The notes beneath the pieces are model-generated. The model had not been told where the DNA came from, ran no database searches, and was given only the letters and a program-made list of their open reading frames with translations. This document shows positions 9,488 through 19,878 of a stretch of DNA of 64,000 nucleotides, in pieces. The stretch comes from an uncultured Mycoplasmatota bacterium. Its GTDB lineage: Bacteria; Bacillota_I; Bacilli_A; RF39; UBA660. Location of the stretch: contig CAOKET010000006.1 in assembly GCA_948467605.1 (NCBI GenBank), positions 1,255 through 65,254 of the forward strand, given 5' to 3'. Numbering within the stretch: position 1 is the stretch's first letter; every line of letters starts with the position of its first letter. A program made the translations under genes and the position numbers.

Positions 9488-10150
9488 ATGAAACTATTAG
9501 AAGATTTAAAGATAGTACCAAATAATATTAAAATTTATGAACAGGCATTTATTCATTCATCATATAAAAATGAAGGACATGTTAGTGAGGATTATGAAAG
9601 ATTAGAATTTTTAGGAGATGCCTTAGTAGATTTAATAGTATCTGATTATTTATACAACAGCAAGCATTTAAAAGAAGGACAAATGACTAAATTAAGGGCT
9701 AGTTTTGTATGCGAAAATGCACTTTTTGAATATTCTAATAAACTAGGACTTGGAGATTATTTAAAATTAGGCAAGGGCGAGGAAGAAACTGGTGGAAGAT
9801 ACAAAAAGGCAATACTAGCGGATATATTTGAATCTTTTGTTGCTGCCCTTTATTTAGATCAAGGATTTGATGTAACTAAAAACTTTGTATTAGATATAGT
9901 AGTTCCATTTTTAGATAACGAGGCCGACTTTTTTAAAGATTATAAATCTATGTTACAAGAAACTATACAGACAACTCATAATATTTTAGAATATAGATTA
10001 GTTAAAGAAGAAGGACCAGCACACAATAAAACATTTGAATATGATTTATTAATAGATGGCATAGTATTTGGACATGGAGTAGCAGGAACAAAAAAAGAAG
10101 CAGAACAGTTAGCAGCTAAGGACGCATTAACTAAGTATGTAAGCATTTAA
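9488..10150 (+). CDS. rnc: Ribonuclease III
   Basis: ERLEFLGDALVDLIVSDYLY signature and a C-terminal dsRBD; start chosen at MKLLEDL with RBS aggtgataaaATG. Confidence 0.9.
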   Translation: MKLLEDLKIVPNNIKIYEQAFIHSSYKNEGHVSEDYERLEFLGDALVDLIVSDYLYNSKHLKEGQMTKLRASFVCENALFEYSNKLGLGDYLKLGKGEEETGGRYKKAILADIFESFVAALYLDQGFDVTKNFVLDIVVPFLDNEADFFKDYKSMLQETIQTTHNILEYRLVKEEGPAHNKTFEYDLLIDGIVFGHGVAGTKKEAEQLAAKDALTKYVSI

Positions 10151-10165
10151 GAGTGGTGAGGAGTT

Positions 10166-13105
10166 ATGTATTTAAAAGAAATACGAGCAGTAGGTTTTAA
10201 GTCCTTTGCAGATAAAATATCAATAGAATTAAGTAATGGAATAAATGGAATAGTAGGACCTAATGGAAGCGGTAAAAGTAACGTAGTAGATGCGGTTAGA
10301 TGGGTATTAGGAGAACAATCTATTAAATCACTTCGCGGTGAAGGACAAATGAGCGATGTAATATTTTCTGGAAGTAAATCAAGAAATAGCCAAAACCATG
10401 CTAGTGTAACATTAGTATTTGATAATACTGATAGACATTTACCAATAGATTATTCTGAAGTATCAATTAAAAGAAGTATATTTAGAAGTGGAGAAAATGA
10501 GTACTATTTAAATGATGAAAAATGTAGATTAAAAGATATCACAGATCTTTTTGTTGATAGTGGCTCAAGTAAAGAAGCATTTAACATTATATCTCAAGGC
10601 GAAATAACAAAAATATTAAGTGATCGCCCTGAAGATAGAAGAGTTATATTTGAAGAAGCCGCATGTGTTTTAAAGTATAAAAAAAGAAAAGAAGAAGCAA
10701 TAAAAAAACTAGGTAGAACACATGATAACATGACAAGAGTAAACGATATATTAAGTGAGATAGAAACTAATCTAGAGCCACTTAAAATACAAAGCGAAAA
10801 AGCATTACTTTACCTAACTAAAAAGCGTGAATTAGAGCAAATAGAAATATCTGTTATAACAAACGATATAGAAGAATTTAATCACGAATATCAAACTTCT
10901 AAAGTTAAAATAGATGAATTAAACAAAGACAATATATCAGTAGCAACAACAGTTAGTAAACTAGAAGCAGATGTAGAAAAAGAAAAACGCGAATTACAAG
11001 ATATAGATTTAAAAATAACTCAAAATCAGGGCTTCCTAATATCTGCAACAACTGAAGTAGAAAGATTAAATGGAGAGAAACGACTAGCAGCAGAAAGAGT
11101 TAAATACGATAGTAATTCTGATGAAGTTAGAAAAAATCTTATATCTTTAAAAGAACAAGAATTAGAATTAAATACTAATATACAAAAAATGTCAACAGAA
11201 CTTGATTTAAAAGTTAAAGATTTAGAAAACTTAAATAAAAAGAATAATTCTATGGAAGAAGAATTAAGGGAACTAAATTCTAAAAAATATAGATTATCTT
11301 CTGAAATAGAAGAGTATAACAATAATATTTTTGTATCTAAAAAAAGAATTTCTATGTTAGAGATAGAACTTGAAAATGGAAACAATTTACCTAGAAGTGT
11401 AAAATCTATATTAAATAACCCTAAACTAAGAACCAAAGGAACTATATCTAGTTTAATAGACATAAAGAATGGTTTTGAAGTTGCAATAGATATAGCACTT
11501 GGTGCTAATCAAAATGTTGTAGTTGTAGAAACACGTGAAGATGCAAAAGAATGTGTAAATTATTTAAAAAACAATAATCTAGGTAGAGCAACTTTTTACC
11601 CAATGGATGTAATAACACCAAAATTTATAGATGTTACTAGTAAAGATATAATTAAAAATACTAAAAATTATATTGGGCTAGCATCTGAGTTAATAACATA
11701 CGATGAGAAGTATAAAAATATAATGCTAAATTTATTAGGAAATATAGTCGTAGTAGAAGACATTGATACTGCAAATAAACTAAGTAGTGATATACAAAAG
11801 AAATATAGGATAGTAACTAAAGATGGATCAGTTGTAAATGTTGGTGGATCTATTACTGGTGGTAGTATAAAGAAAACAACAATGAATAGTGAAAAATATG
11901 AAATAGATGAATTAAAAAGAACTATATCTAACCTAGAAAGTACAATTTCAAAAGAAAGTACTGAATTAGATAGTATTAATACAAAACAAAAATCACTAAC
12001 AGAAGAAATAAATTTAATTATAATTGAAATAGCAAAATTAAAAGAAGAGATTAATTATAAACAAGAAACACTAAATTCAAATAAAATAAAGTTAGAAACT
12101 ATAAGTAGTGAGATTTCAAGTTTAGATAATTTATCTAATAGCGAAGGTGAAAATGAAGAACTTAGAATAATTGAACTATTAAAATCAAAAGAAGAAGAAA
12201 AAGTAAATTTGATGAGCAAAATAGAAGAACTAAATAAAAAGAAATTATCAACTAATGAAAATATATCGGATTTAGAAAATAGTATAAAAATAAATAATAA
12301 TATATTATCAAAAAATAATGCAGAACTACATGAACTTGAAATAACTATAAACAGATTAGATGTAAAGTTAGACAATTTACTTAACACTTTAAATGAAGAA
12401 TATAGTATGACATTTGAAAAAGCAAAAGAAAACTATAAACTTGAAATAGATGTAAAAGAAGCAAGAAAACAAGTATCAAGTTTGAAAAATATAATTAGTG
12501 GTATTGGTGAGGTAAATACTGGTTCTATAGAAGAATACGAGCGAGTTAGTAATAGATATGAATTTTTAAATAAACAAAGAGATGACTTAGTAAAAGCGGA
12601 AAACGTATTACTAGAAATAATTGATGAAATGGATACTATTATGAATGAAAAATTTATAACTACATTTAAAGAAATAAATGAAGAATTTAGATTAGTATTT
12701 AGACAATTATTTAATGGTGGAGATGCTAGTTTAAAACTTAGTGATGAAAATAATATACTTGAAACAGGAATAGAAATAAATGCTTCTCCTGCTGGTAAAA
12801 ACTTAAAATCTATATCTTTATTATCAGGTGGGGAAAAAACTCTAACTGCAATATCATTACTATTTGCAATTCTTAGAGTAAAACCTGTACCATTCTGTAT
12901 ACTAGATGAAGTAGAAGCAGCACTTGATGAAGTTAATGTTGATAATTTTGGTAAATATTTATCATTATTTAGAAATAAAACACAATTTATTGTAATAACA
13001 CATAAGAAGAAAACCATGGAATATGCAGACTGTCTATATGGTATTACAATGCAAGAATCAGGTGTAAGCAAACTAGTCAGTGTAAAACTAGAGGATGTAA
13101 AATAA
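10166..13105 (+). CDS. smc: Chromosome segregation protein SMC
   Basis: 979 aa; N-terminal Walker A GPNGSGKSN, long coiled coils, hinge, C-terminal LSGGEKTLTAISLLFAI...ILDEVEAALD. Confidence 0.95.
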   Translation: MYLKEIRAVGFKSFADKISIELSNGINGIVGPNGSGKSNVVDAVRWVLGEQSIKSLRGEGQMSDVIFSGSKSRNSQNHASVTLVFDNTDRHLPIDYSEVSIKRSIFRSGENEYYLNDEKCRLKDITDLFVDSGSSKEAFNIISQGEITKILSDRPEDRRVIFEEAACVLKYKKRKEEAIKKLGRTHDNMTRVNDILSEIETNLEPLKIQSEKALLYLTKKRELEQIEISVITNDIEEFNHEYQTSKVKIDELNKDNISVATTVSKLEADVEKEKRELQDIDLKITQNQGFLISATTEVERLNGEKRLAAERVKYDSNSDEVRKNLISLKEQELELNTNIQKMSTELDLKVKDLENLNKKNNSMEEELRELNSKKYRLSSEIEEYNNNIFVSKKRISMLEIELENGNNLPRSVKSILNNPKLRTKGTISSLIDIKNGFEVAIDIALGANQNVVVVETREDAKECVNYLKNNNLGRATFYPMDVITPKFIDVTSKDIIKNTKNYIGLASELITYDEKYKNIMLNLLGNIVVVEDIDTANKLSSDIQKKYRIVTKDGSVVNVGGSITGGSIKKTTMNSEKYEIDELKRTISNLESTISKESTELDSINTKQKSLTEEINLIIIEIAKLKEEINYKQETLNSNKIKLETISSEISSLDNLSNSEGENEELRIIELLKSKEEEKVNLMSKIEELNKKKLSTNENISDLENSIKINNNILSKNNAELHELEITINRLDVKLDNLLNTLNEEYSMTFEKAKENYKLEIDVKEARKQVSSLKNIISGIGEVNTGSIEEYERVSNRYEFLNKQRDDLVKAENVLLEIIDEMDTIMNEKFITTFKEINEEFRLVFRQLFNGGDASLKLSDENNILETGIEINASPAGKNLKSISLLSGGEKTLTAISLLFAILRVKPVPFCILDEVEAALDEVNVDNFGKYLSLFRNKTQFIVITHKKKTMEYADCLYGITMQESGVSKLVSVKLEDVK

Positions 13106-13168
13106 AATTTTAATATATCAATAATTTAATAATATAATGTAGTATAGTAATCTTTAGGGAGGTATTTT

Positions 13169-13648
13169 ATGTTAGAATTTGAAGATATACCAATGCCAGA
13201 AAATTTAGAATTATTTGAATATGCTTACTTTGATTGTTTTAAATTTTTTGAATCTATGATAGAAAAGTTGGGCTTAACATCTCAATGTTATACGAAAAAA
13301 CATCATTATGAAGATTATTTAGCAGCACAAGTGTTAAGGAAAATAATATCTGATACTAAAGATAATAATCATCGTATATTATTTTTAAATATAGAACTAA
13401 AAAAAGCCATAGAACATGGCGAGTTCAACAACTTTATTAAATATTATAAAGAAGATATAAAAGATGAGCCAACAGATATTAAATCAGTATGGGTTATATA
13501 TCAAAAATTAAGAGAAAAATATTATTCTAAACATGCTGGTGATAATAATACTGAAAAAAATTCTTTAGTAGATTTTCATGAAGATTATGGGTATTGTTAC
13601 AGCGAAAAATCAATATTTGCATATTCAGAGAACAGGAGATTTATGTAA
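13169..13648 (+). CDS. Hypothetical protein
   Basis: 159-aa ORF with RBS agggaggtattttATG; no recognisable motif. Confidence 0.4.
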   Translation: MLEFEDIPMPENLELFEYAYFDCFKFFESMIEKLGLTSQCYTKKHHYEDYLAAQVLRKIISDTKDNNHRILFLNIELKKAIEHGEFNNFIKYYKEDIKDEPTDIKSVWVIYQKLREKYYSKHAGDNNTEKNSLVDFHEDYGYCYSEKSIFAYSENRRFM

Positions 13649-13663
13649 AATTATATTAAGGTA

Positions 13664-13692
13664 GAAGATAGTTTAGATTATCTTTTTTTTTA
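13664..13692 (+). terminator. Rho-independent terminator
   Basis: aagata/tatctt stem followed by T9. Confidence 0.5.
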
Positions 13693-13783
13693 AATTAATA
13701 ATTTTATAAAGTCAATTAATTAATATAAAATATGTTTTATACGTGCTATAATTATATTAGAAAAAATGATTAAGGGTGAATTT

Positions 13784-14542
13784 ATGATAAAGGTAGAAAA
13801 TATAACAAAGAAATTTATTAGAAATAAAAACAAAAAAGAAAAAGAAGAGTTTTATGCTGATAAAAATATTTCATTTGAAGCAAATGATGGAGAAATTATT
13901 GGAATACTTGGTCCAAATGGTGCAGGAAAAACTACATTATTAAGAATGATAGTAGGAATATTAGAACAAACAACAGGTAATATTACTTTTGATAAAATGA
14001 ATTATAAAGATAATGAAATAGAAATAAAAAAAAGTATCGCTTATCTTTCAGGAAATACAAAATTATATGATACATTATCTGCTTATGAATTATTAAATAT
14101 GTGTTGTGATATATATGGAGTTGATAAAGAAAAAAGAGAAGATAGAATAGATGAAATTACAAAAGTTTTAGGAATGGAACAATTCTTATATAATAAGATT
14201 GCAAACCTTTCTACTGGACAAACCCAAAAAGTAAACTTAGCAAGATGTTTAGTACATGACCCAAAATATTATATTTTAGATGAAGCAACAACAGGATTAG
14301 ATATTATATCTAGTCAAATAATACTAAATTTTATTAAAAAAGAAAGAGATAAAGGAAAAACAATTATTTATTCAACACATTACATGGAAGAAGCAGAAAA
14401 TATATGTAATAGAGTTATTATGATAAATAAAGGTGAAATAATAAAATCTGGAACACCAGAAGAAATAAAAGTGAGTACCAAAACTACAAATTTAAGAGAT
14501 GCTTTTTTTGAAGTAATAGGAGGCGATTTAGATGAAGAATAA
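13784..14542 (+). CDS. ABC transporter ATP-binding protein (ABC-2 type)
   Basis: Walker A GPNGAGKTT, signature LSTGQTQKV, Walker B ILDEATTGLD. Confidence 0.85.
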   Translation: MIKVENITKKFIRNKNKKEKEEFYADKNISFEANDGEIIGILGPNGAGKTTLLRMIVGILEQTTGNITFDKMNYKDNEIEIKKSIAYLSGNTKLYDTLSAYELLNMCCDIYGVDKEKREDRIDEITKVLGMEQFLYNKIANLSTGQTQKVNLARCLVHDPKYYILDEATTGLDIISSQIILNFIKKERDKGKTIIYSTHYMEEAENICNRVIMINKGEIIKSGTPEEIKVSTKTTNLRDAFFEVIGGDLDEE

Positions 14543-15680
14543 TTTATGGAATATACTAAAGAAAGAATTAAGAGAATTATTTAGAGATAAAAAATCATTA
14601 TCAATGATGCTAATTATACCTATTTTTATACCTCTTTTAGTCATTGGTATGTCCGCTTTATTTGAATCACAAATTGAGAAAAAGCAAGATGAATACAACA
14701 AAATTGGTTTTGCATACGAAATGTCAGATGTAGAGAAAAATATAGCAAGTGAAATGAATATTGAAGTTATTAGTGGTAATGAAGAAGAACTTTCAAAAAA
14801 ATATGATGAAGGAAAAATAAATCTATACATTACAAAACAAGACAACAAATATATTATAAATACTGATGGTTCAGACAACAGCATGTTTGCAAGTAACTTA
14901 ATAGAAAGTTATTTTGATACATATAAGCAATATCTTCAAAAGAATTATTTACAAGAAAATAATATAGATTCTAATCAAGTTTTAGATATTATAGTATTAG
15001 AAGAAAATATGATCAAGCAAGATAATTTTTATGTAAATTATATAAAAAATTATGCCTTCCTTTTTATAATAATGGCAATTACTGTATCTGCTACATATCC
15101 TGCAACTGATACAACAGCAGGAGAAAGAGAAAGAGGTACATTAGAAACATTACTTACTTTTCCAATAAAAAGTAAAGATATAATCCTAGGTAAATTTTTA
15201 GGAGTTACAGTATCTTCTATGATTACAGGAATTATAAGTTTAATTTTGACGATTATTTCATTAATGGTAACAAAGAATATGTTTTCTATATATGATGGAG
15301 TAAATACAATGTATTCCCTAACTAGTATACTATTTGCTGTTATTGTAATAATTGCATATTCATTCTTTATTAGTGGATTATGTATTGCAGTTGCAAGTAC
15401 TGCTAGAACATTTAAAGAAGCACAAAGTGCATTAACACCACTAACATTTATATCATTTTTTCCTAGTATGATTGCATTTATGACTGGAATTGAAACAACA
15501 CCATTATTTTCAGTAGTACCATTTCTAAACTTTACTATAATATTCACAGATATAAATAATGGAACAATAGACATATTAAATATATTATTAATGGCCGTTT
15601 CTACAATTATATATATCAGTATAGTATTAGGATATATTATAAAACAATATAAATCTGAAAAAATATTATTTGCAAAATAG
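14532..15680 (+). CDS. ABC-2 family transporter permease
   Basis: 382-aa polytopic membrane protein overlapping the ATPase gene stop. Confidence 0.7.
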   Translation: MKNNLWNILKKELRELFRDKKSLSMMLIIPIFIPLLVIGMSALFESQIEKKQDEYNKIGFAYEMSDVEKNIASEMNIEVISGNEEELSKKYDEGKINLYITKQDNKYIINTDGSDNSMFASNLIESYFDTYKQYLQKNYLQENNIDSNQVLDIIVLEENMIKQDNFYVNYIKNYAFLFIIMAITVSATYPATDTTAGERERGTLETLLTFPIKSKDIILGKFLGVTVSSMITGIISLILTIISLMVTKNMFSIYDGVNTMYSLTSILFAVIVIIAYSFFISGLCIAVASTARTFKEAQSALTPLTFISFFPSMIAFMTGIETTPLFSVVPFLNFTIIFTDINNGTIDILNILLMAVSTIIYISIVLGYIIKQYKSEKILFAK

Positions 15681-15792
15681 TAATATATATGTGATTTATA
15701 AAAACTCAACTATAAGTTCGTGTAAAATCTTTGTGATTTATTATATATTAGTTATGGATAATACATGATATACTAATTTTAAGGTGAAAAAT

Positions 15793-17058
15793 ATGAATAA
15801 AGGTCTTTTTATGCCAAAATATTTATTAATATTTATAATTAGTATAATTACATTTTTAATATTATTATGCGCAAGTTCATTAATCCCATCTAAATATTTA
15901 AAATCAAATGTTATAAAATCTGCTAATATTTTACAAAAACAAACTAATGAATATGTAATTAGAATTAGGGGCTTTAACATCCCATTTGATAATCATACAG
16001 ATTCACTTATGATAAATACATCATATTCCATAGATAGTAATAAGCCGCTCTATTCTAGTTTAGTTGCTAGAAAAAACTATATACCTAATGTAACAAAAAC
16101 TATTCATAGTGATACAATTGGTGAACTAAAGTCATCCAAATTAGGACAAGTAGGGGATTTAATTGATACAATTAATGAAAATGTGTATGAATCATATGAA
16201 TATGCAAGATACTGGCATGGATATTTAGTATTTTTAAGACCATTGTTATTGCTATTTGATATTTCTGGTATAAGAATAATAAATATTATATTATTTTTAA
16301 TTCTTGGAATTATATTTTTATACTTAGTTTATAAAAAAATAGGTTTAATAGAATCAATAATAATGTTAATTGGTTTATTTTCAGTGGATTATTTTTATAT
16401 AGGATTATCTTTACAAGGAACACCTGTATTTTTAATAATGATTATATCATCAATATTTATATTACTAAAATATAATAAAATAAAAAATATTAATATAGTA
16501 TTCTTTATAATTGGTATTATTCTAGCATTCACAGATTTTCTAACTAATCCTTTAATTACACTAGGAATACCAATGACAATATATTTTTTACTAAAACAAA
16601 AAAATGAAGGAGTATCATTAAAAGAAACTATTAAAATATTAATATATTTATGTATAAGTTGGTCACTTGGATATCTTATTACGTGGTTTACCAAATGGGT
16701 TATAGTAGATTTATTATATGGAAAAAGTATTATAAATACATCAATTAATCAGTTATTTTATAGAGTGGGTATTAATGATACCCCAAGTATTATAGAAACA
16801 ATACTAAAAAATCTATACTGTGTAATGCCAATGTTATTAATTATTATACTTTCAACATTAGCATTCGTTATTTTAAAAAAGAAAATAAGATTTAATTTAA
16901 CTCTAATACTGCCATATATGTTTATATGTATTTTACCATTCATATGGTATATGTTACTAAGAAATCATTCGCTTTATCATTGTGGTTTCACATATAGAAC
17001 CCTTATATTAACACTAACTTGTATTCCATTAACTTTAGTAAAATCAGTAAAAAAATAA
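15793..17058 (+). CDS. Hypothetical polytopic membrane protein
   Basis: About 420 aa with many TM segments; RBS aaggtgaaaaatATG; no recognisable family. Confidence 0.45.
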   Translation: MNKGLFMPKYLLIFIISIITFLILLCASSLIPSKYLKSNVIKSANILQKQTNEYVIRIRGFNIPFDNHTDSLMINTSYSIDSNKPLYSSLVARKNYIPNVTKTIHSDTIGELKSSKLGQVGDLIDTINENVYESYEYARYWHGYLVFLRPLLLLFDISGIRIINIILFLILGIIFLYLVYKKIGLIESIIMLIGLFSVDYFYIGLSLQGTPVFLIMIISSIFILLKYNKIKNINIVFFIIGIILAFTDFLTNPLITLGIPMTIYFLLKQKNEGVSLKETIKILIYLCISWSLGYLITWFTKWVIVDLLYGKSIINTSINQLFYRVGINDTPSIIETILKNLYCVMPMLLIIILSTLAFVILKKKIRFNLTLILPYMFICILPFIWYMLLRNHSLYHCGFTYRTLILTLTCIPLTLVKSVKK

Positions 17059-17068
17059 AGATACGAGT

Positions 17069-17635
17069 TTATATTTCTCGCATCTTATCAGCGTCTTTAA
17101 ATGGATTATTTCTATCTATTCTATCAACAAATAATATACCATTTAAATGATCTAATTCGTGTTGGAATGCAATTGATACTTCTTCTCTTCCACGATATTT
17201 AATCTTGTTTCCATTCATGTCATAACCTTCTATTGTAGTTCTAGCATATCTAGGCACTATACCAATAGTTTCACGGTTTACAGAAAGACAACCTTCACCC
17301 TCACTAGCATATATTAACTCTTCAGAATGTCCAGTTATTACTGGATTAAATATAACATAAATATCAAAATCCTGTTTACCTTCAACTTCCTTTTCAGCAA
17401 CTACTACAAAAAATCTTTTATTAACCCCAAGTTGTGGTGCTGCCATACCCATACCAGGTCTTAAATCATACCTTAATGCAAGTTCATCTATCTGACTATT
17501 TCTTAGATATTCTATCATATCATTTATCATAGATTTATATTGATCACTTATTGGAAATGTTACATCAGTAGATACTTTTCTTAATCTTCTATCCCTTTCA
17601 TCTAATATATCTCTTGTCCTCAACATATAAAACAC
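17069..17635 (-). CDS. def: Peptide deformylase
   Basis: GMAAPQLG, EGCLS and HELDHLNG motifs; the true start may be the internal Met (MLRTRDIL). Confidence 0.9.
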   Translation of the reverse strand: MFYMLRTRDILDERDRRLRKVSTDVTFPISDQYKSMINDMIEYLRNSQIDELALRYDLRPGMGMAAPQLGVNKRFFVVVAEKEVEGKQDFDIYVIFNPVITGHSEELIYASEGEGCLSVNRETIGIVPRYARTTIEGYDMNGNKIKYRGREEVSIAFQHELDHLNGILFVDRIDRNNPFKDADKMREI

Positions 17636-17665
17636 CTCTTATATATTACTTATTATACCATGATT

Positions 17666-17698
17666 GTAAAAAAAAAAGAAGAGTTAAACTCCTCTTAA
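17666..17698 (-). terminator. Rho-independent terminator of the small YjcZ-like gene
   Basis: On the minus strand, hairpin aagaggag-ttta-actcttctt followed by T10. Confidence 0.5.
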
Positions 17699-17700
17699 AG

Positions 17701-17886
17701 TTATGCTATTCTAGCACCTATTACTATAACTAAAAGTATGAATAATACTATTATGATTGCAGAAGATCCTCCCCAACCACAACCATATCCATAACTAGGG
17801 TAAGAATATCCTCCACAACAAGGTGTTACTTGTTGGCAACAACCATTGTTATATCCATATCCTCCAGAATATCCATATGAGTACAT
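17701..17886 (-). CDS. YjcZ-like small sporulation-type protein (Gly/Tyr/Cys-rich N-terminus, hydrophobic C-terminal helix)
   Basis: 61 aa MYSYGYSGGYGYNNGCCQQ...IIIVLFILLVIVIG; RBS aaggaggtagaaatATG. Confidence 0.55.
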   Translation of the reverse strand: MYSYGYSGGYGYNNGCCQQVTPCCGGYSYPSYGYGCGWGGSSAIIIVLFILLVIVIGARIA

Positions 17887-17932
17887 ATTTCTACCTCCTT
17901 TTCATTTATAATATATTAAAGTAGTTGACGTT

Positions 17933-17961
17933 TTGACATAACAAAAACCTATTAATTATAA
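17933..17961 (+). promoter_or_regulatory. Sigma-A-type promoter (ttgaca-17-ttataa) for the ftsW/rodA-family gene
   Basis: Exact -35 ttgaca, 17-nt spacer, -10 ttataa; sits in a tandem TTGAC-N5-TTGAC arrangement. Confidence 0.4.
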
Positions 17962-18008
17962 AAAAGTTAAATATTTATGTTATTATATAATAAGAGAGGA
18001 TGAATAAA

Positions 18009-19199
18009 ATGGCTAAAATCAAATCACTTAAATTAAAAGAAGATTTTAAGAAAATAGATAAAGTTATATTTATATTTACAATCCTTTTATTTTTATTTGG
18101 ATTATTAATGATATTTTCTGCCTCTAATGTATCTTTATCTATGAGTGGTAAAAATCCATTTATATATTTTACAAAACAAGCACTCACATTGTTTTTATCA
18201 ATTATAATATTTATAATAATCATTAAAATACCAAGTAAATATTATTATTTTATATCAATGTTTTTTGGAAGTATATTGCTTATTTTACTTATTTGGCTTT
18301 TAATTTTTGGAGATGTAAATAGAGGTGCTAAAAGTTGGATAAATTTGGGATTTTATTCAATACAACCATCTGAATTTGCTAAAGTAGCACTTATAATGTT
18401 TTTTGGAACATTTTATGAAAAATATAGAGAAAAGTGCAGTAGTAGTTGGTTAATTACACTAATACCAGTTTTAATAGCAGTTTTAGTATTTGGACTTACA
18501 TTTTTACAACCAGATTTAGGTACTGCTATAATAATATGTATTATTGTTGCAATGATTTTTATATCACTACCAATAGATTTTAAAAAGAAACTTATAATAG
18601 GTGGAGCAGGTGCTGCAGTAGTAGCATTTGGACTCATTTTGTTATTTGGATTTGATTTAAAAGATAAAGTGTTATCGCAAACACAACAAGACCGTCTTAA
18701 TTTTAAAGACCCATGTAGTAGATATACCCAGTCAACTGGTTATCAATTATGTAATGGCTATATTGCTATGAATAATGGTGGACTTTTTGGAAAAGGTTTT
18801 GGTAATAGTACACAAAAATACTTATATTTACCTGAACCACATAATGATTTTATAATGGTAATAATAATAGAAGAATTAGGATTAGTAGCTTTTTTAATTG
18901 TTATGGCTATATACATTTTAATTTTGTATAGAATATTATTAATTGCAAAAAAATCACCAACTCTTAAAGGTTCCGTAATAGCATATGGAGTTGCAGTTTA
19001 TATATTTTCACATATAGTTGTAAATTTAGGTGGAGTATTTGGAGTATTCCCAATGACAGGTGTACCACTTCCATTCCTAAGTTATGGAGGAAGTTCAGCA
19101 TTAACACTTGTCTGTGCACTTTCATTAGTACAAAGAATTAGAATAGAATCATATGATCATAAAAGAAAAATGTTATTAAAAGAAGGAAAAAAGGCATAA
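18009..19199 (+). CDS. FtsW/RodA/SpoVE family peptidoglycan glycosyltransferase
   Basis: About 395-aa polytopic SEDS protein with FGVFPMTGVPLPFLSYGGSS C-terminal motif. Confidence 0.85.
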   Translation: MAKIKSLKLKEDFKKIDKVIFIFTILLFLFGLLMIFSASNVSLSMSGKNPFIYFTKQALTLFLSIIIFIIIIKIPSKYYYFISMFFGSILLILLIWLLIFGDVNRGAKSWINLGFYSIQPSEFAKVALIMFFGTFYEKYREKCSSSWLITLIPVLIAVLVFGLTFLQPDLGTAIIICIIVAMIFISLPIDFKKKLIIGGAGAAVVAFGLILLFGFDLKDKVLSQTQQDRLNFKDPCSRYTQSTGYQLCNGYIAMNNGGLFGKGFGNSTQKYLYLPEPHNDFIMVIIIEELGLVAFLIVMAIYILILYRILLIAKKSPTLKGSVIAYGVAVYIFSHIVVNLGGVFGVFPMTGVPLPFLSYGGSSALTLVCALSLVQRIRIESYDHKRKMLLKEGKKA

Positions 19200-19233
19200 A
19201 TAAAGAATAATCTCTATGAGGAGGTTATTTTTT

Positions 19234-19878
19234 ATGATATTAAAATTAATAAAAAACAAAATAGTTATTACAATAACATTAGTAGTAGTATGTATAATTT
19301 CATTTATATCAATATACTTATACAATAACAATGGGGAAAGTATGGAATCTATTGCATTAAATGAAGAACCATTAAAACAAAATAATATAACAGAAGTAGA
19401 AGAACCACTAACAGTTGAAATAAAGGGTGCAGTTATAAATCCAGGTGTTTATAAATTAAAAAGTGGATCAAGAGTTATAGATGTTGTAAATTTAGCAGGT
19501 GGCTTTAATGAATGGGCTAATACTAGATATATAAATTTAAGTAAAAAAGTAACAGATGAGATGAGCATTATAATTTATACAAATGAAGAAGTAACAAGTT
19601 TTAAACAAAATAACTTAATTGTTATTGAAGAACCATGTGAATGTCCTGAAATTAAAAATGATGCTTGTCTAAAAGATATAACTGACAATAACTTAATTTC
19701 AATCAATGATTCATCCATGGAAGATCTTCTAAAAATACCAGGTATTGGTGAATCTAAAGCAAAAGCAATTATAGAATATAGAAAAGAAAATAAATTTAAT
19801 AAAATAGAAGATATATTAAATGTTAGTGGAATAGGCCAAAAACTATTTGATGCAATCAAAGAATATATTAAAGTTTAA
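19234..19878 (+). CDS. comEA: Competence protein ComEA (helix-hairpin-helix DNA receptor)
   Basis: N-terminal TM, SLBB-like middle, C-terminal HhH2 LLKIPGIGESKAKAIIEYR...ILNVSGIGQKLFDAI. Confidence 0.8.
   Translation: MILKLIKNKIVITITLVVVCIISFISIYLYNNNGESMESIALNEEPLKQNNITEVEEPLTVEIKGAVINPGVYKLKSGSRVIDVVNLAGGFNEWANTRYINLSKKVTDEMSIIIYTNEEVTSFKQNNLIVIEEPCECPEIKNDACLKDITDNNLISINDSSMEDLLKIPGIGESKAKAIIEYRKENKFNKIEDILNVSGIGQKLFDAIKEYIKV

Noticed and set aside
11026-13071. Minus-strand ORFs of 110-212 aa inside smc (11026..11463, 12055..12387, 12433..13071)
   Set aside because: They are antisense to a strongly supported 979-aa SMC gene. The Ser/Leu/Phe-rich low-complexity translations are typical of shadow frames in AT-rich coding sequence, and none has an RBS.
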